From NCBI RefSeq assembly GCF_009834535.1, contig NC_045698.1, positions 808,001-872,000 on the forward strand: 64,000 bases of DNA, written 5' to 3'. The notes beneath the pieces are model-generated. The model saw only the letters and a program-made list of their open reading frames with translations, was not told the origin of the DNA and did no database searches. Shown here in pieces: positions 52,490 to 64,000 of the stretch. The DNA comes from Camelus ferus (Eukaryota). Made by a program: the position numbers and the translations under genes. The first letter of the stretch is position 1, and the number at the start of each line of letters is the position of its first letter.

Positions 52490-52661
52490 CCAGACGGTTG
52501 GAGAGATGACAGCTACAGAGACAGATGACAGGTACTGGGTAAGCAGGTACAATATGGTCGGTGGGTGGGTGGGTGGGTGACAGATAGCTGGGTGACAGAT
52601 GGTAGGTGGATAGACGGGTAGACTGATGGGTGGCTGTGTGGATGACAGGTGGACAGACAGT
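52490..52661. repeat. Degenerate (GGAT/GACA/GGGT)n tract
   Basis: gggtgggtgggt, gacagat and gatgg units; the tract resumes after 53036. Confidence 0.65.
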
Positions 52662-53036
52662 GTGACGGGTGGACAGTGTCCTCCAAAATTTGTTTGTTGC
52701 TGTTTTAACCCCCAGTTTTTCAGAATGTGGACTTATGTGGAAGCAGGGTCCTTACAGAGAAAATCAAGTTAAAGTGAGGCTGTCAGGGTGGGCCTGAGCC
52801 CAGGGTGACTGACGTCCCTGGGGAAAGGGCCAGAGACACATGCAGGGAAGACGTGAAGTCACGGGGAGAAGGCCGCCAGCCACGGCCCACGGGTAGCGTC
52901 CTGGACCCTCTCCCAGCCCTCAGAAGGGATCGCCCCCGACCCCCTGACTTCACCTCAGAACTTCAAGACAATGACCCTGCTGTTGAAGCCCCTCGGCTTG
53001 TGGCACTTTGTACGGTGGCAGAACAAACCAGTGCAG
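52662..53036 (+). mobile_element. MLT1B-like MaLR solo LTR in intron 3
   Basis: gtgtcctccaaaatt...tcagaatgtggacttatgtggaagcagggtc...aatcaagttaaagtgagg...ttgtggcactttgtacggtggcag...ca. Confidence 0.78.
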
Positions 53037-53131
53037 ATGGACGGACGGACAGCTGACCGAGGAGAGACGACAGATCAACAGGGGAGTGTTTCATCTTTTC
53101 TACCATTTAGCACTTTGACCAAATAACATCA

Positions 53132-53725
<594 letters not shown>

Positions 53726-54819
53726 TCAGCGCCCCGACACCCCCTGCTGCGGTCCCGGGCACCTCCCACCCCGAGTTACAATTCGTGCGTGGGAGCAGAT
53801 GACCAGAGGACGCTGCCGTCCCTTCCCCACCTGCCGGGGGCCCGCCCTCGGCCCCTCCCTCTCCCCTGCACAAACGTCTGCCCTCCCGAGTAGTGATTCC
53901 TCTGGGATCCGACCCTGCCTGGGGGCTTTCATTCATCTTGAGCCCTGAGTTCAGAACCCAAGCTCTCTGGGGGCAGGAGCTGCCCTGGGGGCTGGAGACT
54001 CTCCAGGGAAGCAGCCAGTTCCTCATCAGATCACCAACGTCAGGGGCCCACGGGCTCAGCCTCCTTAAGCCCTCTTGCTCTGTCTCAGATGAAGGGGGCT
54101 TTGCACAGCTCTCTTCCGGGGAGGGGGAGTCCAGGAGATGTCTTAGGGCAACTTCTGTATTTGCTCAGGCCTCAGTCTTCTCCCCTCAGGTTGGGGACAG
54201 TAATGCCCACCGGCTCACAGGCGCACTGGAAGGCACCCCACCCCAAGGAGGCCTCCAGAGGCCCTCCGATTGTGCGGCAGGGCTGGCTGCCCAGCGGCAG
54301 CATTCGGGGAACTCACAGGAACCTGGCACCAACCCAACTGGCTTCTCAACTTGAATATGTTGGGCGACCCTGTGCCACTTCTTAGTTTTCTGCCTGGGAT
54401 CCAGACATCCTGGTTCTAGAACTGGTTGTTCAGGGACTGGGGGGAGCACGGGAGGGAGACAGGCACGCCTCTGGTGCATCTTGGCTACTCCAAGTTCAAG
54501 GGCCTCGGAGCACTTTGCAGACACTGGTCAGTTGGCCAGGTACCATTCTTTGGGCCTTTGAGGATTTTCTTTCCCAGAGTGAAATCATCTTTGGAAACAG
54601 AAGCAGAGCCAAGTGCCTCTGACCACCAGCCCCTGCTTCTGCTTTCCTGGCCTCGGTGTCCTCGACTGGAAAGAACAGACAGGCCACGAGATCCCTGAGT
54701 CCCACATCCACCCGGGGAAACCTGCACCCTGCTGACGCTACGCTTCTCCAAAGCCCTTCCTCCAGCTGCCCCCTGGCTCCAGCCCCAGGGGAGTGCACGG
54801 GGAGGGTAGCACGACTCAC

Positions 54820-55105
54820 CCCCGCCGTTTTTGTAGCACAGGTACGGAAACCGCCAGACGTTGGCCAGGTCCACGGCAAAGCCGATCACGGAGAGGAGGA
54901 AGTCGATCTTCTTGCCCCAGGTCTCCCGTTCCTGGGCCTCCTCGGGGGTCTGCGGAGGGTTGACGAGGGTGGAGTTGGTGAGCTGCACCCCATTTTGCTC
55001 CTTGACCAGGACCAGTTCCACCGCCTTCGGGCCGGTGGCATTGGGCTCCTTAGCGGGGGCCACGGCAGAAGACATCAGTGCAACAGAGCATCTGCTTTGA
55101 CTCAT
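54820..55105 (-). CDS. SLC6A3: DAT exon 2 coding part (N-terminus, TM1)
   Basis: MSQSRCSV...[36 protein letters not shown], the SLC6 signature with D79; donor gtgagt; 286 nt. Confidence 0.98.
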
Positions 55106-55148
55106 GGGCGACCTGGACTCGGGAGTGCGGTGCGCCGTCGCTCTTGGT
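55106..55148 (-). other. SLC6A3: 5' UTR portion of exon 2
   Basis: Acceptor gaag|ACCAAGAG at 55149/55148, the same opening as I recall for human exon 2, leading to GCCCATG. Confidence 0.75.
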
Positions 55149-55962
55149 CTTCAGCCGGCATGAAAATGAACACACACAGGAATGCATCGGTTTAGCAGCC
55201 AGGACGGCGATGCGCCGGTGGCCCGATGGAGAGTAAGGCTTTCACAGCTGCTGCTTCGGAGCAGAACAAACACATTCCAGGCCCCTGAGAGGATGCAGCC
55301 AGGGATGGGGCTGCTAGGACTGGGCCAGCCCTCCTGGCAGGGCTGGGAGATGGGCTGCGGAAGCTCGGGACAGACACCTGCTCTGCGCCCTCCTCCCCCG
55401 GCGCCCTCCCCGTTCCTATCAAAGTGCAAGGCTGCGTAATTTCGAATTTGGTTTTAATCATAACACAAGATGTTACCTCCACCCTCCCCCACAGTGCCAG
55501 GCAACAATGTTACAATCCTCGAAGAGTATTCAACAGTGAGACGCCACAACCGTACATATGTGTTCTTTATAGTTGGTGATGAAAGTGAAGAGCAAATTTT
55601 TAAAACTAACGTCAGCCACAGGAACTCAGTGATTTAAAGTAACAATGACAATGCTTTCCTTCAAGGAGCGGCTGCACCAACCCTGTCTGCCTGTGGCCCC
55701 ACCTGGACGTACCTGGTGAGAGCTTCCTGCCAGGCTGCACCTGAGCATTTATAGGACTAGCTCCTGAACTAGCATCTTTACCAGGGAAATTGGCTCTGAG
55801 TTATGTTCATGAAACTCTGGGGACTTTAATGCAGGAGAACAGAAGAAATTACACAGTCACAGCCAAGAGCAGGGGGGGCCCTAAAGGCCAAGGGCAGCTG
55901 CAAATATACTTCTTCCGGCATTTTGTTTCAACTCTACACACTCGTGCATGCGTGCATGTGTG

Positions 55963-55965
<3 letters not shown>

Positions 55966-55994
<29 letters not shown>
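55966..55994. repeat. (AC)~14 microsatellite in intron 1
   Basis: Perfect run continuing a longer purine-pyrimidine alternation. Confidence 0.95.
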
Positions 55995-55996
<2 letters not shown>

Positions 55997-56967
55997 AGCA
56001 GAAGGGAGCAGGACGGCAGCAGTAATGGGGTAATTTTCCTCTGCATCCAAGTTTGAACAAAACTCAGAGCACAAGACATCTTCTGCGCGGCTTCTCCGTG
56101 ACAAACCCGGCAGCACTTTTCTAGGGTGAGTGAAGAGGCCCAGGAGGGGCTTCACCAGAGGAGAGGGTGGGACTGGCTGGCTGTGGGGTCTGCTTGGGGA
56201 GGGATGGACTTGAACTGGTGGCAGATCACAGCCTTTTTGCTCTGACAGCGGCCCTCGCAGGCATTGAGGACCTCCTCCCGGGAAACCCCAGGCTGGGCAT
56301 TTGGGGTGAACCCACACACTCCTGAAGCCGCCACCTCAGAGGCCAGGCTCGGGCACAGAAAGCAGAACGTGGTTCTGAGGAAGCTTGGATCTGCACCCAG
56401 AACAGAAACGGAGCTCCGGTCCTTCCCTGCAGGCAGCCTGGACAGCCAGCAACCCCGTGCCCCACCTCATCTCAAAATCAAAGACCAAACCCTGCAAGAG
56501 GCAGCAGCTGCCTGGGAAAACCACCCGCGCTGGGTCTGGGGCCGCTCGCCCGGGGCCGCCTCGCCCTGCGCTGCGTCTGGCTCAAGGGCGGAATCAGCCA
56601 CAGCTGCCGCCCCCGAGTCCATGGCCCGGAAGCCTGGGACAGCCGCCCCCTGCCCGAACCGCTCCCCGCCTGGGGCAGGGCCGGGCCGAGGGCCCACGAG
56701 GGGCGCACACCAGCCCCGCACCCCCTCTTGTGTACACGCCTCGCGGCCACAGATCGCCTTAAGATCGCCAATGGCACTGATGCGGGGCGCTGTGCACCTC
56801 AACTGTTGGCCACTTTTGGAGACGCCGCCGCCTGCGGGATGTGGCACTCCCGACGGCGCCCGCCCCTGCCAGGCGCTCCTCGGCCGCAGCCTTCGGGATC
56901 CGAGTGGGGAGCGGCGCCCTCGAAGGATGTGCGGGGGACGCCTGCGGAGGGAGCGGCCCGGCCTCAC

Positions 56968-57030
56968 CTGCGTGCCCGGCCTTGGCTCTGCCTGGGATCC
57001 CACCGCCGATCGTCCACCAAAGCTCCTTCT
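56968..57030 (-). other. SLC6A3: Putative non-coding exon 1 (5' UTR)
   Basis: Donor CAG|gtgagg at 56968/56967 lies in the CpG island ~85 nt downstream of a TAAGA element. The 5' end is estimated. Confidence 0.65.
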
Positions 57031-57052
57031 CTGGTCCCTCACAGCTCCGGGC

Positions 57053-57057
57053 TCTTA
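57053..57057 (-). promoter_or_regulatory. TATA-like TAAGA element
   Basis: The minus strand reads AGATAAGAGC, an AT pocket between the GC boxes and exon 1. The human DAT promoter is described as TATA-less with a TAAGA near -30 (recalled). Confidence 0.6.
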
Positions 57058-58519
57058 TCTTGTCGCCGGGCCGCCCCGCCCGCCAACGGGGGCGCCCACC
57101 CGCCCTGGCTCCGCCTACGGGCCGCCCTGGGTGGGCGGGGGACGAGCTCGGCCCCGCCCCTGCACCCCGCCCCCGGGACCTGGACCGCAGGGTCGAGGCG
57201 GCGGCGCCAGTCCGCTGCCAGCAGCGCGCTCTGCCCGAGGCCTTGTGCCTCCCGGAGCCCGGGGCGCGTGGCAGCGGGAACACCTCTGGGTCCCAGGCCC
57301 CGAAGGACCCAGACGGGAGGTTCTCCGTCTCCGCCCCACCTCGCCTGCATCCCCCCAGGGCTGCCTTTGGGGGCTGCCTCGGCCCACCCACCGCTCCGCC
57401 CAGTGAGGCCCGGGAGGAGCCGCAGGCTGCGGGAGGGAGCTGGGCAGCGGGCGCGCGGGATCCCGCCGAGCGGAGCCGGTCTTGCCGATCCCTCCCCCGT
57501 GCTCCCACCCCCCACCATGCTGTCCCCAGACATTTTCTCCACTGTGGCCGCCCCTCCCGACGGCTGGCGCCCTGGGGACGTCTCCCGACCTGCGATCTTG
57601 CTCTCTTACTTGGAGTTGGAGGGGGAGCCAAGCGGCCAGGATGCCAGTCCGGTGCCTGGTGTCCTGTCCTGTTTCTAGCTGATGACACGACCCCTGCCCC
57701 TGCCCGGATGGACGGGCTCAGACCCCGCCCAGTCTGGCTATCTCTTCTCCCACTGTGCACCCAGGTCTCTGGGCGTCGAGGTACCAGATTGTCGCTTGGA
57801 TCTGGGCTGCGGAGACGTGGGTCCTTCTGTGGCCACGTGAGCAGGGCCTGGTCTCCGTTAAGCTCGGGGCAAGGAGCAGAGGGTCCCCGTGCATTGCCAC
57901 ATCGAGTGCTAATGGATTGGAACCAAGGGGCAGGAGTCACACTCGCTCTGGAGAACGATTTCTGTGGACGGGCCTGGTGAGCCCGGCGTCAGCACCGGCT
58001 CTGGGAGGAGACTGACTGGAGTCTTTGCAGAGACGCCCCTGGCAGGACTGGGCCCTCACCACACAGCGGAGTGGCGTCCTCCGGCCACCAAGCCGGCCCA
58101 GGACCCTCAGGTGCAGACCAGCATCAAGGTAGGTAGGTGGCTGTCCTGGCTCTGCACGTCGAGGGGGGCCTGGCGACCAAGCCTGGGGCAGTCACCTCCC
58201 CACCCCGACCCCCACGTATGCTTTGATTTTCTCGCTGTGCATTTGCTGCGAGGCGGGGCCCACATGTGTCCCCACTCTCCACCCTGCTCAGCAGTGTCAC
58301 AGATGCAGTGTCCCTCTGCCAGGGGTCCACAGAGCACCTTGGCTTCTCGTGCCCCGGCCTCCCACCACCTGGGCCTTATCCTGAGGCCACACCTCGCTGC
58401 CTCTCCCACAGCCTCCTGACTGGGGCGGGGGGGCTGGCACCGGGGGGAGCTGGCAGGGACTGCTCTTCCAGGCTGCGGGCTGAGTGAGGACCCCGCGGGG
58501 GAGCCCACGACCCAGTGCC

Positions 58520-58782
58520 TCGGTCCCTCTGGCCGCCGTAACACATACCACGGACTGGGAAGCTTAGGATAACGGAAATCTATGTGGCAGTGCTGGAGGC
58601 TGGAGGTCAAGTCCTCATGTGGCAGAAGGGACGTTCAAGTGCTCTGGGGCGCCTGTTACGAGAGTATCGGCCCCGTTCCTGGGGACCCAGTCCTCGTGAC
58701 CTCCCAGGGCCCACCTTCCAGCACCGCTGCACGAGGGTTAGGATTTCAATAGACATTTTGGGGACGCATACTCAGAGAAGTG
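58520..58782 (-). mobile_element. MLT1A/MST-like MaLR LTR ~1.5 kb upstream of promoter
   Basis: gccgccgtaacacataccacggactggg...ctggaggctggagg...gggttaggatttcaatagacattttggggac. Confidence 0.68.
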
Positions 58783-59689
58783 ACAGGGGTTTCAGAAGAT
58801 GGTGGCGAGCCACCTTGCATCTGCGCTGCCCCAGGGGCTGTCACAGCAGGCTGCCTCTCCCCACACTGCTCCTCAGTGTGGGTTTCAAGGAAAAAGAGCA
58901 GCCCTGCATTTGAGGGGCAGGAACACAGGGCGGGAGGGGCGAGCTCTGCCATACGTGCTGAAAGCACACACACTGGACGGAGACACCTGGGGAGGAGCTG
59001 AGTCCTGGGAGCAGCCGAGGCCCCTGCCCAACGTGCAGGAAAGAGAGAGCGGGGGTCGGGGGAGCACGGCAGGGCAGCCTCCCCGTCCAGGTGCAGCGTG
59101 GACCCAGTGGAGGATGTTGGCCTGGGCACAGGTGAGACAAGTGCAGCCTGGGCCCTCCAGCCCTGCTGACCCCCACCTCTAACCGCGACTCAGAGGAGCC
59201 CTGGGGGTGTTCGTGACCAGGGAGGTGTGCTGGCAGCCTGGCTGCAGGAGAGAGATTGCGAGCCGCCTGCTCCATCAGAACCCTGTGGTTAAGAGCTGGT
59301 TAAACCACAGCCTTCGAGCTCTTGGAACTTTGCCCCAGACTTGTCCTCAGCATGGCTGCCGTGGGCTGGGAGCCCTGGATGGGTGAAGGCAGAACTCAGG
59401 GCATCATCCTGCTCACCCTCAGGGCAGTTGCTCACCGTCTGGGGGGACTGGCTGCAGCTGCAGAGCTGGGGGAGGGCCGGCGGGGCAGGTGGCGGGAGAG
59501 TCCCGGGAGAGTCCCCTCAATTCCAACCAAAGTTCTAGCTGGCTTTTTTGAAGTTGGTTCTAAAATGTGTATGGACCTAGTGGAGCCAAAACAATGCTGG
59601 AAAAGAACAAGACTGGAGGACATAGGAAATGTCTTGTAATCCCAACATCCCAGCAAAACATCTTATCTTCTGTCGTTATCTTGCCATTC

Positions 59690-62600
59690 GTGTCCTTGCT
59701 TCACAAACAGCTTTGTTGGGTTGTGACTGGTGTGCAACACACTGCACATGTGTCAGGTGCACTATTTGGTAAGTCGTCTGTGTGGCCCCAGAACACGCTG
59801 AGGGCACCTCTTGCACTGTCCTCTTGCCCCTGCGTAGTCTGCCTTTGCCCACCCCAACCCACAACCGCTCAACTGCCCGCTGTCAGTTCGCTCATTCTTC
59901 CTAGAACTTTATGTAAATGGAACTGTTTGGGGATCTTTTCTCTTCCACTCAGCCTATTTGAGATGAATGTATGTTGTTGCACAAGTCAGTGCGTTCCTTT
60001 TCAGTGCTGAGTAGTACTCCATCACATAGATAGAGCGCAGTCTATTTATCCATCCACCTGCCGATGGGTGTTGGGCTCTTACAAGTAAAACTGCCGTGAA
60101 TATTTGCACATGAGTCTTTGCAAGGTGTGTGTTCGTTTCTCCTGAGTGGAGACTTACTTGGGCAACGGCTGGGTCATTTGGTGGATGTATGTTTACTTGC
60201 TATTAAAAGCTGTCAAATTGTTCTGCCAAGTGGTTGCACTTTTGACATCTCCACAAACAGGCTGTGAGCTTCCATTGCTCCATGTCCTCCTCAGCACTTA
60301 GCATGGCCAGTCTTTTTAGTTTGAGTCTTTCTAATAGGCGTGTGGTAGTGCCCCATTTTCCCAGTGACCAGCGTGTCTTGGCTGCTGTTCACGTGCGTGG
60401 TGCCATCAGGGTAACTTCTCGACTAGTGTATGTTCAAATCTTTTGCACATTCAAGTTGTTTGTTGTATTATTACTGAGTTTTGAGTGTTCTTTGCCTGTT
60501 TTAGATGTACGTTCTTTCCACGTCTGATGGCTGCTTTGCAAACATTTTCCCCCAATCTTATAGTCTTTTCATTCTCTTGAGTCTTTTGAAGAACAGAGTT
60601 GCTCATTTTGATGAAGTCCAACTTACTGATTTGTTCTCCTTTATGAATCCTGCTTAAATTGAGACACTTTTACTTAACCCGACGTCACAAACATTTTCTC
60701 CTGAGTTTTCCTTTGAGAGTTTTAAAAATTTAGGCTGTACAGTTACGTATATGATTCATTTTAAATTAACCTGGTGTAAGGCAGAGATCAAAGTCCTTCT
60801 CTTCACATGTGAATGTCCAGTTGTTCCAGCATCATTTGTTGAAGAGACACCCTTTCTCCTTGGAGCGGCCTTGGCACCTTTGTTGAAAAATCATGACCAT
60901 ATGCTGAGGGTTTGTTTCTGAGGCCTCTGCTTCGTTGATCTATTCATTTATGATCGTCGGTGCCATTGGCTGGCATTTTGGTGCCAATACCATGCTTTCT
61001 GCGGATGAATTGTGTCCAGCATGCCCTCACCCCTAACGTGACTGTCTGGAGGTAAGGTCTGCAGGAGGTCATTAAGGGTGAATGAGGTCATCAGGGTGGG
61101 GCCCTATTCTGATAGGACTGTGGTCTTCCACGAAGAGGAGCCCCTCTCCTCTCTGTCTCTGTCTCTCTCTTTCTCTGCTGCGTAAGGACACAGCCAGACT
61201 GCGTCGGTCTGCGAGCAGGGAGAGAGCGCACGCCGGAAGCCGGACTGGCCAGTATCTTGATCTGACGCAGCCCCAGGACTAAGCAGAACTCAGTCTCTGC
61301 CGTTTGAGCCCCCAGCCGGTGGTGGTTTTTGTCATGGCAGCCTGAGCTGACTAGTGCACCACCATCATGGTTACTGTGGTTTCTAACACCCCTTCAGGTC
61401 AGGGGATGTCTTTCAAAGTTGTTCAGGTTATTCTAGGGCCTTTGCATTTTTATGCAAATTTTAAAATTAACTTTCCAATTTCCATGCAAAAAAGCCTGCT
61501 GGGATTTCTTCAGGTGGAGGCGCTCATTGACTTGTGACCGTCACTATTTTTTTTCTTCTTATCCTTTTTCAGTTTAGACCTTCAGTGCTATTAGTCCCCC
61601 GCAAGCTCTGCTGCAGCTGAATTCCATACAGTTGATACATTGTTTTTGTTTTCAGTCAGTTAAAAATTTTTAAATTTCTCTTTTGCTTTCTTCTTTGACC
61701 CACTAATATTTATACATGTTAATTAGTTTCCAGATATTTGAGGGCTTCACGAGTGTTTTTCTTTATTTTATTCTTCTCTGAATGTATTTCTTGCGTTGAT
61801 GTCTAAGTGGTTTGCCTCTTCTGAGAGACCATACTTCTGTCGCGTGGGTCCTTGTAAGCTCATCGCGACTCACTTTATTGTTCAGAGCATGATCACGCTT
61901 GGGAAGGTTTTCTCGTGCTTTTGAAGAGACCGTGTGTGCTGTTACTGCTGGGTGAACGCTGTGTAACCCTCGCAGAGGGCAAGTTAGTTCGCGTTGTTTC
62001 CCTGCAAAGCCCCCGCCCCCTTGCCCGCTTGGTCGCGGCCGCGGGGAGAGGCGCCAACAGCTCTGTGCACAGGAGGGTGGGCGGCCTCATAGGGCCTGTG
62101 GTTCCGTCGTCTTTTCTTCATTCACGTGGAGGCTCGCTGATGTGTCTTAGGGCTGTGTCTCCTGGGGCCTGAATTCTTGTCATGAAATGACCTTGCTCGG
62201 GCCCGCTAACCAGCTCTGAGGGACGCTCACCCCTCCTTCTTCTGATGGCGCGGGTGCCGCCCTTCTCCTTTGGCCAGCTGGTGTCCACCTGACGCCTGCT
62301 CCTTGTAGGCCTCGTGTGCTCAGGTCTCGCTTTTGTATCCGGCCTGATGATTTCCGCGGATCACTGAGGCCGTCCAACCGTGTGCGGCAGGTGCGGTGCT
62401 GGCGCGGCTGGGTGGAACGCACCGTCTGCTGCAGTGCATCCTCTCCCCTGCACCACCACCGCCGCTGCTGCCCTTCAGACTGAGGGTTTTCTTCTTGAGT
62501 CCCACGTTCTCCCCACTTTGTTGGACCCTTAGCTACACCTCTCTGTCGTGTTATTTTGGTGTCTCCTTCAAGTGGCATCACACTGATGCACACGTCATTA

Positions 62601-64000
62601 GGACACACGAGGGGCACTCTGTTTACCGCTCCTGCTGCCTTGCCATTGCTGTCCAGGTGCCATGAGCCCCAGAACACACCACCCGCTTTGCTTTGGACAG
62701 TCAGTCATTGCTGAAAGAGACCTGAGTAATGCAGGAAGCCGTGTTGACAGCCGCCCTTGTGACTGTCGTGTCTGCGCCCCCTCGCCCCCCGTGTGGATCC
62801 GGATTTCAAAGTGGAGTCACTGCCCTCCTGCCTGAAGGACTCGCTTTCACACTGTGCGGTGAGGCCTACTGGCCAGTGGTGTATTCTTTCAGCTTTTGTG
62901 TCTGGAAACATCTGTATTCCTCTGTCTTGAAAGGTATTTTTGCTGGGTGAGGATTCCAGGCTGGCTGTGCTCTTTTCCTCTGCAGACTCGGCAGACGCTG
63001 ACTTCTGGCTTCTGTTGTCTGTGAAGAGAAATCCGCTGCGTCTCCCTGTTCTTCTGTGTGAAGTGTGTCCTTTTCCTCTGGTTTTTGGCTTTCTCTTTGT
63101 TTTAAGCAGTGGGTTTCGATGCACCTGATGTAGTTTCCTCCACGGCTCTTGTGCTTGGAATTCACTGAGCTCCTCGGATCCACGGGTTTACAGTTCATGC
63201 CGCATCTGGGGAAGCGTTTCTTCACATACTTCTCTGTTCGCCCTTTCCCTGTGGGAGCCGCGGCAGCGCGTGCGTCGGGGGGCGTGAGGCCCCGCAGCTC
63301 GCTGGGGCTCAGCTCAGCTGCTTGTCTCTTTTCTCTGTGCTGTTCTGAATAGTTTCCACTGCTGTGTCCTCACGTGCACTTGCTGTCTCTTCTGTGGTGT
63401 CGAATCCACCCTCAAGCCCAACCCGGGCAGCTTGCGTTGCAAACATCATGGTTATCATCGACAGAGTCTGCGTGTGTGCTATTTAAAAGACACCTTTCAC
63501 GTCTCAGCCAAGCACCATCGATCTCGCTCCTAGCGGGCTTTTGAACGAGAGGGGCCCAGGTATGCTGCACAGGGACTATCAATGCCATGGCCAGACTCAC
63601 TTCTGGGTCTGGCTGTGTGGCCTACGCGTCTTCTTTCCCGCTTGTCTTGCCTCCGGTGGCCTCTGGCTGGGTCTGAGGGGTTGTAAGCTTTCCTCTCTGG
63701 GTGCTGGACGGCTGTGTTCCCCTGAATGTTCTGGAACCTTGGGCCGTAGGTTAGTTGCTCCCAGAGGGTTGGTTGTCCTTTCAGGTCTTGCCTCTAAACT
63801 TTGTTTGGCGGGACCGGAGTTGGGTTTGGGTTTGTGGAGGGGTTACTTTTTCTTCACAACTCAGGCAAACCCCTCTGCGTTTCCATCTGTGACCTCTTTT
63901 GGGACGAAGGGCGAATCCAGTCTCTGTTTTGCCATCTTGACTAGAAGCAAAATTGTGGACTAGTTCACTCTAAGTTTAAAAGAATTACCCAGAGCCGGAG
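59690..64000 (-). mobile_element. Old L1M fragments upstream of the gene
   Basis: T-rich antisense L1 phrases (cattttgatgaagtccaac; tccagttgttccagcatcatttgttgaagagac; gaattcactgagctcctcggatc). Confidence 0.75.
60998..61358 (+). mobile_element. MLT1A-like LTR nested within L1M
   Basis: gatgaattgtgtcc...aatgaggtcatcagggtggggccct...ttttgtcatggcagcctgagctgacta; L1-like sequence resumes on both sides. Confidence 0.72.

Larger units (their letters stand above)
56500..57600. promoter_or_regulatory. CpG-island promoter with multiple GC boxes (Sp/KLF)
   Basis: Very dense CpG; GGGCGG/CCGCCC motifs at ~57071-57084, 57133-57140, 57152-57160 and 57165-57173. Confidence 0.88.

Noticed and set aside
54485..54819. 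ORF extension beyond exon 2 (and similar read-throughs around other exons)
   Set aside because: DAT similarity stops exactly at canonical GT/AG sites, so these are intronic read-throughs.
56264..57980. Overlapping 316-393 aa ORFs on both strands
   Set aside because: Low-complexity Pro/Arg/Gly/Ala translations with no recognisable domain; expected from stop-codon scarcity in a CpG island.

Overview
Mammalian, GC-rich genomic window containing the complete dopamine transporter gene SLC6A3 (DAT1) on the minus strand. It has a CpG-island promoter near 57.0-57.2 kb, a non-coding exon 1 and 14 coding exons, all with GT-AG boundaries that I traced by hand. The CDS is 1848 nt (615 aa) and is followed by a ~1.27 kb 3' UTR with AATAAA at 21440-21445. 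The rest is intronic and intergenic DNA with old L1M, MaLR/ERVL LTR and DNA-transposon relics, microsatellites, and one tRNA-derived SINE resembling camelid Vic-1, so the source is probably a camel or alpaca (inference). I found no convincing novel multi-gene system, and the many other ORFs are GC-rich shadows. The most interesting signals are listed next. (1) The DAT naturally carries Val at human position 559, Leu at S1-site Phe326, and Arg at zinc ligand His193 next to a 5-aa EL2 deletion. (2) A ~310 bp TSD-flanked, poly(A)-tailed non-L1 insert, probably a retrocopied 3' UTR, is nested in an intronic L1. (3) The branch point/AG before exon 3 is tandemly duplicated. (4) NBRE (Nurr1) sites cluster with forkhead and homeodomain motifs. 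Human residue comparisons and repeat family names come from memory, not from database searches, and repeat boundaries are approximate.
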